Origin: a virus
IMG/VR virus record: IMGVR_UViG_3300021197_001584
Span: 15,472 to 79,471 of that record
Reading direction: 5' to 3' (one strand)
DNA length: 64,000 bases
The notes below the pieces were generated by a model. That model did not search any database, was not told where the DNA came from, and saw only the letters and a program-made list of their open reading frames with translations. Below, piece by piece: positions 48,070-58,605 of this stretch (positions are counted from its first letter, which is position 1; every line of letters starts with the position of its first letter). Position numbers and translations under genes: made by a program.

Positions 48070-51000
48070 TTAATCCTTAAAAAGTTTTTGAAAATCATTC
48101 AGGCAATCGTCGCCATCTTCACCGAAAGGTTTGACGCTTACGACCCTGACTGATTGCCACCAACGGACGCTACCGTCTAGTCCTATATAAGAGTCTGGTA
48201 GTAAATTACTCAACCATCTCGCATCAAATTGTCGCTTCTCTTGTCTACCGCCTTCATATTCATCGTCATCAGATCGATAAGTAGACCTGAATTGTCTCTT
48301 AAGTGTTGTCTTGACTTTGTCAAAAACCTTTCTTTTCCACTTACCTTTGATTTTTCTTCTTCGAGTTGGGTCCACTTCGTTATCACCAAGGCCAATTGAT
48401 TCAAAGAAATTGTAGTAAGAGTAGATCCCAAACAACGATGTGAATGTTGTGGTTTTAATAATCGTTTCGAATATAAACTTGAAGTCGTCCGTCTCCACTA
48501 GTTTGTCAACATAGCACTTGAGATCTTCGCCCATGTTCTCATCATCAAAGTCAATGTCTTTGATGACTTTGTCTAACACGTCATTCTCATAGTGAGTAAG
48601 TGGGATGTGATGATAATTTCCGATCTTTCCAACTCTCTCTTTTGAAGAGTCTAGATTAGATGTTATCCCAGAACTCTCGTGTGGAACATAAATGAGCCTG
48701 ACTCCGAACTTGATGCCGATGGTTCCATAGAACTCACCGTTCAAAACTGTAGCGTTTCCAAAGTAATCAGACAACTTTGAGTTCTCATCGAATCGACCTG
48801 GAGTTCCAATGAGTTGTTCGAATTCCTTAACTGTCATGACTTGTTCGACTTCATCTTTCGAGATTGTTCTGATATACTTTTCTAGAAACATGGCTCCTTT
48901 TTTAGGCAACGAACCAGAAGGAACTCGTTCTGTAAACGATGTTGTGTTGCGATTAGTTGGACAATCTATAATTGAACCATAAGCAGGCTTGGATGCGCCT
49001 TCAACGACATCAACTTCGATAGCTGCGCGTCCGGATTGAATGTCGGAGAAACTTAAAACACCCAGATCCGATATGGCATACTTCTTCACATCCCAAACGT
49101 GAGGTAATGGTCGAAGATTTTGAATTATCTTATTCATCATTCCACCTATTTCTTTTTCCATCATGGCTGCTAACAGAACTTGTGCATGATTTTTTGAGTC
49201 GTGTATTGCTGCAACTTTCATGGCCATTCTGCGACGGTGAGGCAACATTCTCTTGAGTCTGTCTCTATATTCTGAAGCTTCGAACTTGTTAAAGTAAACT
49301 TCCCAATCTGCATTGTGTCCTATGATTGATGCTCCCTTAATGGTCATTTCAAGGCCTCTTGGGCTCTTCATTTCTCTAGGGAAATCCAATTGCACCCTGT
49401 TTAGCTTCTCCAAGGCTTGAGTCATTTCTGGGGTTTCTTCTAGAAGACCATCTTTGATTTGTCTCTGAGCCACTTGCACACATTGTTCGATAAACAGCAG
49501 ATAGTAAGTGTACGACTTAACCATGTTGATGTCCCAACGACCTTCTTCGGCGATGAACTCCTGCTCCATCTTTCCGGCCATCATGGTAAAGAAAGAACTA
49601 TCATAGTTATCTAGAGATAGTCTCACTGATCCTAAGATCGGGAAAGACCGTAAAATCAATTCAGTTCCGAAAGTTCTCAATGTAGCCAACACAAGACCTT
49701 CGAGAGTTCCATGGTTTGCAGGAGTAAGTTGTCTATCATAAGGCACTTCAAATCTACACTCTGGAGCCTGAGATAGCCTCTTGTCTACCGGTAGTGACCC
49801 TTCGACCTTCTTCGCTCTTCGCGCAATATCGTTGATCTGCAGAAATCCATTGTCAGCATCATCGCACACTTCCATCTCTGGAACGAATGTTTTCATCATA
49901 CCCATCCAACCACTGTAGGTCGCGGGCTCAACGTAGATCTTTGGAAACAAGTAAGATCCGCCGTGAATTGAAGGGTCCAAGAAATGAACTCTCGGATGTT
50001 CAGTTGCTGATTTTCCCAACACTTTGTCCCATGGGAACTTGTTGTAATACCACGTCGACATATTTTCTGGATCTGATTCAGGATTCACATAGAGAAGATC
50101 TCTGAATGTTACCTTTTGTTGATCGTCAGCTCCGAACTTAAACCCAACTGGTTTCTGGGAATTACTATGATGGTCCTCAAGAATAGAATTCTTGACAAAA
50201 TTCAAGGTATCGAGATTCCATTCGTCTGTTATCTCTTCGAGTTTATTGAGTGTTGAGTTACCTATCAAGATGTTTGCTTTCTTCATTAAGAAGTTCCGAA
50301 ACAAAACAGTCTCAACGTTGAAGTGCTCTTCGAACACACTATAGTCGATTTCATTTGTCATATCTTGAACAGAGAAGTCTTTGATTCTAAATCGACTTGA
50401 GTTGGGACTCTCTACAGCTCCAAAATCGACATCTTCGAGTCCGAGCTTCTCGGCCTCTTCTTTTGACATTTTACGCCAGAAGGTTTCGTCAACATGGATA
50501 AGGTGTGTCGGGTTCCGTCGAGGAAGGACTCTATAGAACAGTTTACTTCCATAATCAGGGTCTTCTCCATTGTCTACGAACCCCATGACAACAGTATACT
50601 CTCCTTTCGAATTGTATGTAAGTTCCATCTCTGCCATTGCCTGATGTAATCTTCCACCAACGGTTTGCGGATATTCTCCCCTAATCCTGTCCAGATCGTG
50701 AGGGAAGCCAAAATCAATGTCAGTTGCGGGGACCTTAATGTCAATTTGAAATGGGGCCTGTTCTTTACGTCTCTCGAGCATTTCTTCGTTGTCGACATAG
50801 TTTGGCCTGAGAAACGGTCGACCTGCTCTTCTGTCGTGCTTGCCTAGCCTGTTTCCGTGAGTATCGATGAGAATATTGTTTAAGATTGAGTGCCTTCCTC
50901 TGATGAGATCTGAAATGAACTTCTTTTCAATTGTCTTAAAAAAGTCCTTAAAGATGTCCAACTTTTGTGCGGCGAGATCTTCATCTTCGAGAACAATTGC

Positions 51001-54000
51001 TGACGGATCTGTTTCGCATCCGGGATCGGATTGTTTCAAAAGGTCATCTAGGGCCTCCTCTAATAGCCCCTCAGGGCCTTTTTGAAGAATGTCAGACACA
51101 GTGCCTAGGTCATTAAGTGCACGCTCGTTAGCTTTATCTACGAGCTCTTTTGCAGTCTCTTCGTCAAGCCCATTATCTAGATAGATCATCCTTCGATCAT
51201 TATTCCACTTATCCAACTCCTCTTGAGTCAAACAGATTGAATCAAAGATAGGGCTCTCTGGAACTTGATTGGCTTGCTCTTTCAAGAACGCTCTGAGTTC
51301 TGGAGGAATGAACTTTTGCATCGAACCAAAACAACCTTTAATGTCTTCCGGATCTCCGAGGACTGGTGATAGATCGGGGCATCGAGAATTAACAAGTTGC
51401 GATAATTTTGTAATGACATTTGAATCCATGTTTGATGGAGTGTTAGTCAATAGATTAATAACTTCTTGCTTTGACATTGTCGCATTCATTGTTTGAAATA
51501 GGCAATCATATGCTTCGGTGTTTGGTGCTTGAAGTCCACCACCGCCCTTTCCGAGAGCGTTGTTGAAAAGGTTTTCTTTGATCTTGTCGAGATCTTCATC
51601 AGCATCTGGGCAGAAAGCATCTTTGACTGCTTCGTCTAGACCTTGATTGTCGCCGGTCAAGAGACCCGCTGCAAACTGACCAGTAGCATTGATGCTTTTA
51701 CACAGAGCATCATCAACCGTTTTGATTAATTTGAGTATCATTCGAACCAAGATTTGTGTCAAGACTGTTTCAAGTTTTTCGATAAATTTGTTTCTCAAGA
51801 TTGCAAGGAAATCTTTCCTCCATGGCTTAAGTGTCCGGAAATCAAAGTCTTTCATCTTCTCTGGAAAGCTTAGGCCGATGTTTCCGTCGCCACAAGGGTC
51901 AAAGGATAAGGTCGAGAGAAAAGACTTTACAGGCGGATTGTGAAGGCCTTGAAAGGCACACCCAACTTGGTTTATGTATCGTTGAACAAGTTGTCCACCG
52001 GGAAATCTATCCAAGTGAGACATCAATTCATCAATTCCAACGACATCCATCATGTTCTCAATGTACATGTCGATAAGTTCAGATTGAATATCTCCAAGTG
52101 CATTGCCGAGTGTTCCCTGTGCTTTGGTTTGAGCTTGTATTAGTTCTTGTTGTCTCTCTGGTGGGAGTTGCGAGAAGTCTTCTTCTTCAAACTGCTTAAG
52201 TTTATCTAGAACGTCGTTTCTTGCAATTTCGAGTTGCTCGATTTCGATATTTAGTTTGAACCTTCGTTCTTCGGCCTCTCTGATTTCTTCCGTTGTTGCT
52301 CCTTGTTCAGCTGTTGCACCAAACATCTCGCCAAACTGATCTTCTAGAAATTGAGTTGCTTCTAGGTCACTTTCTCCGTCGAGATTAAGTTGAATGTTTT
52401 TATCTTCAATTTGATTCTCAATATTCGCTAAGTCTTCTTTTAGTTTCACTTTTAGAGAGCCTAGGTTGCTTGTCATTTCTCCATCTTGACTTAGGTAGGT
52501 TAAATAAGGGTTCGCATCTTGTGATGAACCAGTAGAAAAACCTTCTTCCCAAGGCATCGGCATATCTGCCCATTTCTCTCTCGCCATTTCGCGAAGTTCG
52601 GATTGTTTTGCAGGAGGCAAGCCTTGAACGAAGAAGCCCATAACATCAATGTCCATTGCTTTGAGAGCAGATTCGACAATCTTCTTGAATGCTGCTTCTT
52701 GCGTTACGCCTGAGAACAGACATTGGATTGCATTGATACTTAGAGACTGAACGTTGCAGAGAGTCATTCTTTTCAGTAAATTTTCAGGTTCTGATTTTGC
52801 TTTCTCGTTTGCTTTTGGCGAAGTGATCTCGCCGGTTGTCATGAATGTTTCCATATCAATCAGAGATGATAAGATTCCTGTTTGATGCTTTAACTCTTCA
52901 AGTGCAAGCTTCTTTGCTTCTTTCCAATAGGGATTACCTTCTTTCCTGCTTTCCTCTCTAGCTCTCTTGGCAGCATTTTTTCTAAGTTGCCTCTTTCCTT
53001 TTCTAGACAATCCGCCATTGGCAGAATCCTGATTGAGCTCATTTGCTTGATCTTTTATCTTTTTTATTTCATTGTTTGTGTTTTTCTTTTCTTTATCTAT
53101 GTTCTCTAATTGCTTTGTGTATTCTCTTATGTCTCTCTTTATTGACGCACCCATTTCCGATGGGCCGCCATTGAGGTCAAAATCCAATTCATCAGACTCT
53201 CTAAGTTCCAGTAAATTCTCAATTGAGGAATAGCTAATATCTAAGAGTCTCAACTTCTCCTCTAAAGAAGAAATTTCTTTACGCATTTCAGAATATTCTT
53301 TCTCCAAAGCTTCGCCTTCGCTTTCCTTTAGAGTTTCGTTTACTTCTTTTTTTGCATCCAAACCGGGAGTTGGGTTTTTCTCAAAATACTTCTTTTCAAT
53401 CTCTGACTCTGCTAATAAATCCTGACATGATTGCTTTGAGTTGAATTCATAGGCTAACGATTGAACAAGATCCAAGGCTTCATTTAGAACATAATCTTTA
53501 AGATCTCCACCAAAGTCTTTGATGTTGTTTGCGACACATTCTCCTAAAGAATCAGTCACCGATTCTTCATTGAGGGTTCCATAGTCCACAATCAAGAGTG
53601 GATAGGTAAACTTAACTAAGAAGTCTAACCAAGGATAAGACTCTCGAGCATTCAATGCAGTGTCTATCTCATTGATCTTAGCAATGTAATTCATCACTGT
53701 TGGTTTGAGACTATACTTCTTTGCGAACTTACTATTACGACCGCAGATGCGCTGATATTCACACCCTTCCTTTTTTGCTTCGATTCTCTTGATTCGATAA
53801 GGATTGCCGTTCTCACCTGTCATAAAGGTGATTCTTATCTTATCTGCGTTTTTCACTATTACACTGGGGATATTTGATCGAAGATTCCAGCGTTTCTTAC
53901 GTGGCTTGGTCCCACTGTTAGCCTCCGCTTTGAGATCCTCATAGAATGTTTGGATCTTTGCAGAGAATGACGAAGCATAATAGTCACTCCCGCTTTCTTT

Positions 54001-54858
54001 GAATTTCAAGAAACCGTCTTGAGTTTGATAGAAATAAGACTGGTATGTAGCATATGAAATGAGCGAAATCTTCAGCCTTGTAATTTGTCCGAAGAATTTT
54101 TTTACATCTATTTCAACTTCTGACTTTGTTGCCTCTGCTGATTGTTGAATCTCTTGCCCTGTTGGATTATCAGGAACAGCATCAAGAATGAAAGCGGGAA
54201 TCGATATCAAAACCTTCAATAAGTTCTGCATGGGATCAATGTCAAAGTCGATTGCTCTTGCATAAAGCTCGAGAGCGAATGGATTCTTGACTTCGTTTGA
54301 AATGTTTTGTAGGACAAACTGTGTGAAGGATAGTGGCTCTTCTGGATCAAATGAGGTTGAACCAAAAACAGTGTTTGTCACGAGATCTGGGCAATCTTTG
54401 GCTTGTCCGAGAGGGTCGTCCTTGAGGTCCATATAGATACCGTCAAAGTTATCATATTCTTGTAATAGCTCATTCGCAACTCTTCCTGCAAAAGCAGGAC
54501 CATCATGAGATGCACAAATGATTTGTTGTGCGATTAGCTTGTCAGTGTCCTCAAGAATCAATCGAATTGCAGGCTGAACAAATGAACGGAACAAGTGGTC
54601 TCTTGTGGGGTATTTGTTTGATCCAACGGCGTTGCGAAACTCTGCTGCTGTGAACGAGTCACCTTCGTTGTTGATTGTGACACAAATCTTGTATTCGCAA
54701 GCGGCCTCGTCAAGATAAGTCTCTTCTGGGATCTGTCTCCAGTCAGGAGCAATGAATGACTTATTCGGAGTACAGGCTGGGCATAGTTTTTTCAATGGCA
54801 ATAGAGGCGGTGGCTCAGCGCAAACCTTTGGTTGAAATTGTTCGAAATTTTCTGACAT
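48070..54858 (-). CDS. Very large hypothetical virion protein
   Basis: 2262 aa, helical/coiled-coil segments, scattered Cys; between spike-like and gp25 genes. Confidence 0.55.
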   Translation of the reverse strand: MSENFEQFQPKVCAEPPPLLPLKKLCPACTPNKSFIAPDWRQIPEETYLDEAACEYKICVTINNEGDSFTAAEFRNAVGSNKYPTRDHLFRSFVQPAIRLILEDTDKLIAQQIICASHDGPAFAGRVANELLQEYDNFDGIYMDLKDDPLGQAKDCPDLVTNTVFGSTSFDPEEPLSFTQFVLQNISNEVKNPFALELYARAIDFDIDPMQNLLKVLISIPAFILDAVPDNPTGQEIQQSAEATKSEVEIDVKKFFGQITRLKISLISYATYQSYFYQTQDGFLKFKESGSDYYASSFSAKIQTFYEDLKAEANSGTKPRKKRWNLRSNIPSVIVKNADKIRITFMTGENGNPYRIKRIEAKKEGCEYQRICGRNSKFAKKYSLKPTVMNYIAKINEIDTALNARESYPWLDFLVKFTYPLLIVDYGTLNEESVTDSLGECVANNIKDFGGDLKDYVLNEALDLVQSLAYEFNSKQSCQDLLAESEIEKKYFEKNPTPGLDAKKEVNETLKESEGEALEKEYSEMRKEISSLEEKLRLLDISYSSIENLLELRESDELDFDLNGGPSEMGASIKRDIREYTKQLENIDKEKKNTNNEIKKIKDQANELNQDSANGGLSRKGKRQLRKNAAKRAREESRKEGNPYWKEAKKLALEELKHQTGILSSLIDMETFMTTGEITSPKANEKAKSEPENLLKRMTLCNVQSLSINAIQCLFSGVTQEAAFKKIVESALKAMDIDVMGFFVQGLPPAKQSELREMAREKWADMPMPWEEGFSTGSSQDANPYLTYLSQDGEMTSNLGSLKVKLKEDLANIENQIEDKNIQLNLDGESDLEATQFLEDQFGEMFGATAEQGATTEEIREAEERRFKLNIEIEQLEIARNDVLDKLKQFEEEDFSQLPPERQQELIQAQTKAQGTLGNALGDIQSELIDMYIENMMDVVGIDELMSHLDRFPGGQLVQRYINQVGCAFQGLHNPPVKSFLSTLSFDPCGDGNIGLSFPEKMKDFDFRTLKPWRKDFLAILRNKFIEKLETVLTQILVRMILKLIKTVDDALCKSINATGQFAAGLLTGDNQGLDEAVKDAFCPDADEDLDKIKENLFNNALGKGGGGLQAPNTEAYDCLFQTMNATMSKQEVINLLTNTPSNMDSNVITKLSQLVNSRCPDLSPVLGDPEDIKGCFGSMQKFIPPELRAFLKEQANQVPESPIFDSICLTQEELDKWNNDRRMIYLDNGLDEETAKELVDKANERALNDLGTVSDILQKGPEGLLEEALDDLLKQSDPGCETDPSAIVLEDEDLAAQKLDIFKDFFKTIEKKFISDLIRGRHSILNNILIDTHGNRLGKHDRRAGRPFLRPNYVDNEEMLERRKEQAPFQIDIKVPATDIDFGFPHDLDRIRGEYPQTVGGRLHQAMAEMELTYNSKGEYTVVMGFVDNGEDPDYGSKLFYRVLPRRNPTHLIHVDETFWRKMSKEEAEKLGLEDVDFGAVESPNSSRFRIKDFSVQDMTNEIDYSVFEEHFNVETVLFRNFLMKKANILIGNSTLNKLEEITDEWNLDTLNFVKNSILEDHHSNSQKPVGFKFGADDQQKVTFRDLLYVNPESDPENMSTWYYNKFPWDKVLGKSATEHPRVHFLDPSIHGGSYLFPKIYVEPATYSGWMGMMKTFVPEMEVCDDADNGFLQINDIARRAKKVEGSLPVDKRLSQAPECRFEVPYDRQLTPANHGTLEGLVLATLRTFGTELILRSFPILGSVRLSLDNYDSSFFTMMAGKMEQEFIAEEGRWDINMVKSYTYYLLFIEQCVQVAQRQIKDGLLEETPEMTQALEKLNRVQLDFPREMKSPRGLEMTIKGASIIGHNADWEVYFNKFEASEYRDRLKRMLPHRRRMAMKVAAIHDSKNHAQVLLAAMMEKEIGGMMNKIIQNLRPLPHVWDVKKYAISDLGVLSFSDIQSGRAAIEVDVVEGASKPAYGSIIDCPTNRNTTSFTERVPSGSLPKKGAMFLEKYIRTISKDEVEQVMTVKEFEQLIGTPGRFDENSKLSDYFGNATVLNGEFYGTIGIKFGVRLIYVPHESSGITSNLDSSKERVGKIGNYHHIPLTHYENDVLDKVIKDIDFDDENMGEDLKCYVDKLVETDDFKFIFETIIKTTTFTSLFGIYSYYNFFESIGLGDNEVDPTRRRKIKGKWKRKVFDKVKTTLKRQFRSTYRSDDDEYEGGRQEKRQFDARWLSNLLPDSYIGLDGSVRWWQSVRVVSVKPFGEDGDDCLNDFQKLFKD

Positions 54859-54859
54859 G

Positions 54860-55879
54860 TTACCTTCCTATGAACACAGTGTTGCTTAAAATGTAGTCGC
54901 TTGGGACCCCTTTGAGTGCACCATCTTTGGTTCCCAAGAATTGGCGTTCCGTTTTTGCTTTGTGAAACTCTTCGATGATTCCATCTAGCTTTTGAGCAAA
55001 CATCCTTCTAACGCCCTTCAATCCCTGTGTTGCAGCCGATGGTGATGGTGTAGATGGTCCAGCGACAGCAACAACGTGGACATGTCCTGCAAGCGCTATT
55101 TGATAAAGAGCCAATTCTTGCTCCATCGCATCAACTTTTGCAGCTAATGTGTCGACAAAATCTTTGACTTCATAAAGATATCTAACCAAGTTCTCTCCAC
55201 GAACTGCTGGTTGATAATCATCCTCAGTGATGGCTCCGATTTCAATCTTTGCAGTCACCTTGTCGCTTCCTGTTACAAGTCTTTCTTCGCCTTTAAATTT
55301 CGCAAGACCAGCAAGAATGCGAACTCGTTCGCGGCCTATAACCAACGTATGATCAGCTTTGATTCCAATTCCTGATTTTAGATTGGACGAGATTGCAGTC
55401 AGTGGATCAGAGTTTTCTGTTGCAAAGTAGTGATTGACGTTCCCACGCTCTGTAAGATAGATTCTGGCTCCATCTTCGGCAAAGTTAGCTCTAGACCTTG
55501 TGCTTGATGTTCGAATTTCCTTAGATGCAGACAACTGTCCGGCTACGATGTCAATCGCTTCGCACTTTGTGCCACCAGCGCCTCCGAGACCAGTCGACTC
55601 TGCTCCGAAGTTATCCTTTGTTAGCATAATTCTTGCACCAGCATTATAGTCAGGCAACGAAGGGTCGCTTGATTTAATTGTTTTCCTAGAAATGATTTTT
55701 TCCGCAGGCCGAACAGGATGGAAAGCTGGTAATTTTTCATCATCGTCTGTCAAAAACAATCCGCTTCTTGCAGGCAATCTAGCAATTTCAGCGTCTGAGA
55801 TCGCTTCAAAGTCTTTTCGGTTTTCGTGTTGTAAAGCATTATATGCTGCTACCATTTTTACATGAATTTTTTTAGCCAC
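54860..55879 (-). CDS. Baseplate hub/spike-like protein
   Basis: AVRGENL..L and C-terminal HVH...GPSTPSP, the HxH tip motif of contractile-tail spikes; GTG start. Confidence 0.55.
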   Translation of the reverse strand: MAKKIHVKMVAAYNALQHENRKDFEAISDAEIARLPARSGLFLTDDDEKLPAFHPVRPAEKIISRKTIKSSDPSLPDYNAGARIMLTKDNFGAESTGLGGAGGTKCEAIDIVAGQLSASKEIRTSSTRSRANFAEDGARIYLTERGNVNHYFATENSDPLTAISSNLKSGIGIKADHTLVIGRERVRILAGLAKFKGEERLVTGSDKVTAKIEIGAITEDDYQPAVRGENLVRYLYEVKDFVDTLAAKVDAMEQELALYQIALAGHVHVVAVAGPSTPSPSAATQGLKGVRRMFAQKLDGIIEEFHKAKTERQFLGTKDGALKGVPSDYILSNTVFIGR

Positions 55880-55880
55880 T

Positions 55881-57050
55881 TTATTCTCCTGGGTTGGTAG
55901 TTCTATTGACGTTTAAGTGAATGTGTTCATTGGCGATTTTCCCATCGGCCTTTCTCTTAGCCAAACCTGCTGCTTTTTTTTCTGCAGGTGTTTTGTTTCT
56001 ACCCAAAGGATAAGACCATACGCCTTCCCAATTGTAATAAGTTACTAAGTGGGGTTTCATTTCACCCAAAACATCCAGCATTAAATTTACGTCAGCAATG
56101 GAGAAGTTTTTTGTTTGAAAATCGAAGGCTCCGTTTTGCATGTGTTTTGATAGATATTTGTTTCGGTTAGCTTGATTTTGAATAACCTTGACAAGAGCAG
56201 TTTGCATCGCGGCGCTACTAGTAGCAGTTTTATTATCGATAATTACTTTCCCTACCTCTCTAGCTAGAGGACCATCACCATATTCTTGTGTAAACCATGC
56301 ATAAAACGAGACATAAGAATTTGGTCCGTGATATCTGGATCCTGCCATGGCTCTTGCTTGGTCTACAGGCGACCTATACATAGAATTTACCACAATTTGA
56401 TTTTGAGAAAATGCAGTTTGAGCTAGTTTGGTGACAAACGTGTCCAAGAAGACTCTATAGTGAGGATATTGATCGACTTGCGCCTTCATGGAGTTTGGTG
56501 CCGCATAAGCAACTTCAATCTTACTACCGTCTGGTCTATTCCCAACGGGCTCTTTTCTGCCGTTGTTCATGGCACCCATTGCGCCACCGGTGCTTCCTTC
56601 AACTCTTCCAGTGGTGGGGTTAAAAGAAAACGCTGTCGCTCGAGAAAGAGTCAGCAGTTGAATGGTTTGCCCTTTCATTGTACAAGTCCAAATAGAGCCA
56701 TTTGCTAAAGATGCAAGATTTGGGTGATCACCTCTGACGTAACCTTCTGAACATCCATTGATGGCAGATTCATATTCCTTCGTTGTTTTCGCATCTAGCG
56801 GGCTAGACTGACCTGCATGATAAAAATTCTCATCAAAGACTCTGCACTTCAGAATACCAGCTGCATTTGTTGATGATCCAACTTCGCTGCGGGCTGTTCG
56901 TGCTATCTCTTCCGTTACATGATCAACAAAAATGTAAGCATCGAAAGCATCAGGTGCTTGTACTTGATTTTCTACTTTGAAAAGATTATCTAGGCGTCGA
57001 GATAGTCTATCATATGGGGTTAGGATTTGGTTTTGTGATTCAATCGTCAT
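55881..57050 (-). CDS. Virion-associated peptidoglycan peptidase (M15 family domain)
   Basis: NSMYRS..DQ, SKH..NGAFD, EHIHL zinc-peptidase motifs; start uncertain (57050 or 57083). Confidence 0.7.
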   Translation of the reverse strand: MTIESQNQILTPYDRLSRRLDNLFKVENQVQAPDAFDAYIFVDHVTEEIARTARSEVGSSTNAAGILKCRVFDENFYHAGQSSPLDAKTTKEYESAINGCSEGYVRGDHPNLASLANGSIWTCTMKGQTIQLLTLSRATAFSFNPTTGRVEGSTGGAMGAMNNGRKEPVGNRPDGSKIEVAYAAPNSMKAQVDQYPHYRVFLDTFVTKLAQTAFSQNQIVVNSMYRSPVDQARAMAGSRYHGPNSYVSFYAWFTQEYGDGPLAREVGKVIIDNKTATSSAAMQTALVKVIQNQANRNKYLSKHMQNGAFDFQTKNFSIADVNLMLDVLGEMKPHLVTYYNWEGVWSYPLGRNKTPAEKKAAGLAKRKADGKIANEHIHLNVNRTTNPGE

Positions 57051-57336
57051 TCTTGGTGTCTTCCGAGTTTTGGATTTGATCAAAGATCTGTGCGAAATCT
57101 TTGTCTGTTAACTCGTCAGACTTTTCGTTCTTCGACATTAAACCACAAAGTTTCACGAGTTGCTCATTTGATCTTTGTAGCGTCTCGACATACTTGGCAA
57201 GGACCACGCCCAACGATGTGTGTTGAGACGGGTCCTTTGATAGTTGCCGCATTGCATCATCAAGAAGCTCGCGAGTTGTCTCACGATCTTCATCGATGTT
57301 TTTGATTGCTTGTTTTATGTGCTTGTCGCTACTCAT
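57040..57336 (-). CDS. Small helical hypothetical protein
   Basis: 98 aa; ATG only 5 nt after a late motif. Confidence 0.6.
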   Translation of the reverse strand: MSSDKHIKQAIKNIDEDRETTRELLDDAMRQLSKDPSQHTSLGVVLAKYVETLQRSNEQLVKLCGLMSKNEKSDELTDKDFAQIFDQIQNSEDTKNDD

Positions 57337-57355
57337 AAACCTAATTAGTCCTTCG

Positions 57356-58045
57356 TTAAATTTCGCCGTTGTCCCAACTATCTCTAAAGTCTCTGTATTT
57401 CTTTTTCATCTTATTGAGTTGAGAAACGATTTGTTTAGTATTCATCCCTGTTAGTTCACGGAGATATAGATAAATAGCTTTCTTGTTAAAGATTTCAATA
57501 TCTTCTGCAGATTCAAACAACATCATTACGGCGTCATAAACCTTCTTTTCTTTCTCTTTCTGAAAGTCATCTTTCCAAGATGCCATTTCTTCGCGTAGAT
57601 TAACCATCATTTCTTGGCGCAGTTTTCTATCTTGAAAAGACTCACCTTTGTCAACAAAGTGAATATCAGGATCTAATTCCGCAACGTCCAATGGCACTTC
57701 TCTTTCGAGCTTTTTCTTGTGCTTCTTAACTTTGTGGATGAACCAATTCTTCGTAACGACCGAAAAGTAAGAGAATGCTTTAGAGCCCTTTGCAGGATCG
57801 AACTTGCCAAGGATAGTAGTCAAGTAGACCTTACATTCATCTCGTAAGTCATCGATGTCTGGAAGGCTTGTAAAGCGATATGTGAAGACGATCTTATCAA
57901 CCATCTGAGAGAACACAGGTTGAATCATGTTCTTGTACAATCGGTCTTTTGTTTTTTGATCCTCTATCGAACAGAATCTAACTATCGCGTCTTCGTGTTC
58001 CTGCGTAAAATACATGTTTTTCTTTTTCGTTCTCTTCCGAGCCAT
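57356..58045 (-). CDS. Phage RNA polymerase sigma factor (late sigma, gp55-like)
   Basis: Region-2-like DDLRDEC...KFDPAKGSKAFSYFSVVTKN; C-terminal HTH-like ELTGMNTKQI; start ATG 58045. Confidence 0.8.
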   Translation of the reverse strand: MARKRTKKKNMYFTQEHEDAIVRFCSIEDQKTKDRLYKNMIQPVFSQMVDKIVFTYRFTSLPDIDDLRDECKVYLTTILGKFDPAKGSKAFSYFSVVTKNWFIHKVKKHKKKLEREVPLDVAELDPDIHFVDKGESFQDRKLRQEMMVNLREEMASWKDDFQKEKEKKVYDAVMMLFESAEDIEIFNKKAIYLYLRELTGMNTKQIVSQLNKMKKKYRDFRDSWDNGEI

Positions 58046-58358
58046 CTTGATCTCCAAGTTCTTCATATTCAACCGGTTCTGATAATGATGCAATATCACC
58101 ATATTGATCTTCAAGGATGACGGACAAGGAACCGGCATGGTCCATCAAAGCCTTTAACGTTTCATCTCCATAGAAAGAATCCAAGGAGTAGACAGCTTTT
58201 AAGTGTTGCTTAAATCCCACGATCATTTCCAAGAGGTCTTCGGAGTTATCTGCTACTGTAGAAAGTTGTCTCGATTGTTCTCGAGAGAACCAAATCAAAA
58301 CTCCATTGATTGATGCAGAGATTGTCAATGCCAATCCGAGCCAAATACTAACTGTCAT
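57978..58358 (-). CDS. Membrane-anchored hypothetical protein
   Basis: N-terminal TM segment; FYGDETL motif. Confidence 0.55.
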   Translation of the reverse strand: MTVSIWLGLALTISASINGVLIWFSREQSRQLSTVADNSEDLLEMIVGFKQHLKAVYSLDSFYGDETLKALMDHAGSLSVILEDQYGDIASLSEPVEYEELGDQDGSEENEKEKHVFYAGTRRRDS

Positions 58359-58605
58359 CTGGTAACTCCACTCTTATCTTTCGCTCTTCTTTCAGAAGGG
58401 CTCTACCTTCCTCTATGGCACGTTTTACTTCATCGCCTACCTTACCACCCTTTGAGGTCTGTTTGCGGACGAGGTGAGGCATTTGAGGCACTTTGTGGAT
58501 GTTTATCGAATGACAAAAGCCACATGTAAAGTGTTCGTCATTCATTCCGTGAACAACGTCAAACACCTCTTCGCAGTCAAAACACTTATAAGTGTATCTA
58601 GGCAT
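58348..58605 (-). CDS. FmdB-family zinc-ribbon protein
   Basis: MPRYTYKCFDC...CGFC; start ATG 58605. Confidence 0.75.
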   Translation of the reverse strand: MPRYTYKCFDCEEVFDVVHGMNDEHFTCGFCHSINIHKVPQMPHLVRKQTSKGGKVGDEVKRAIEEGRALLKEERKIRVELPDDS

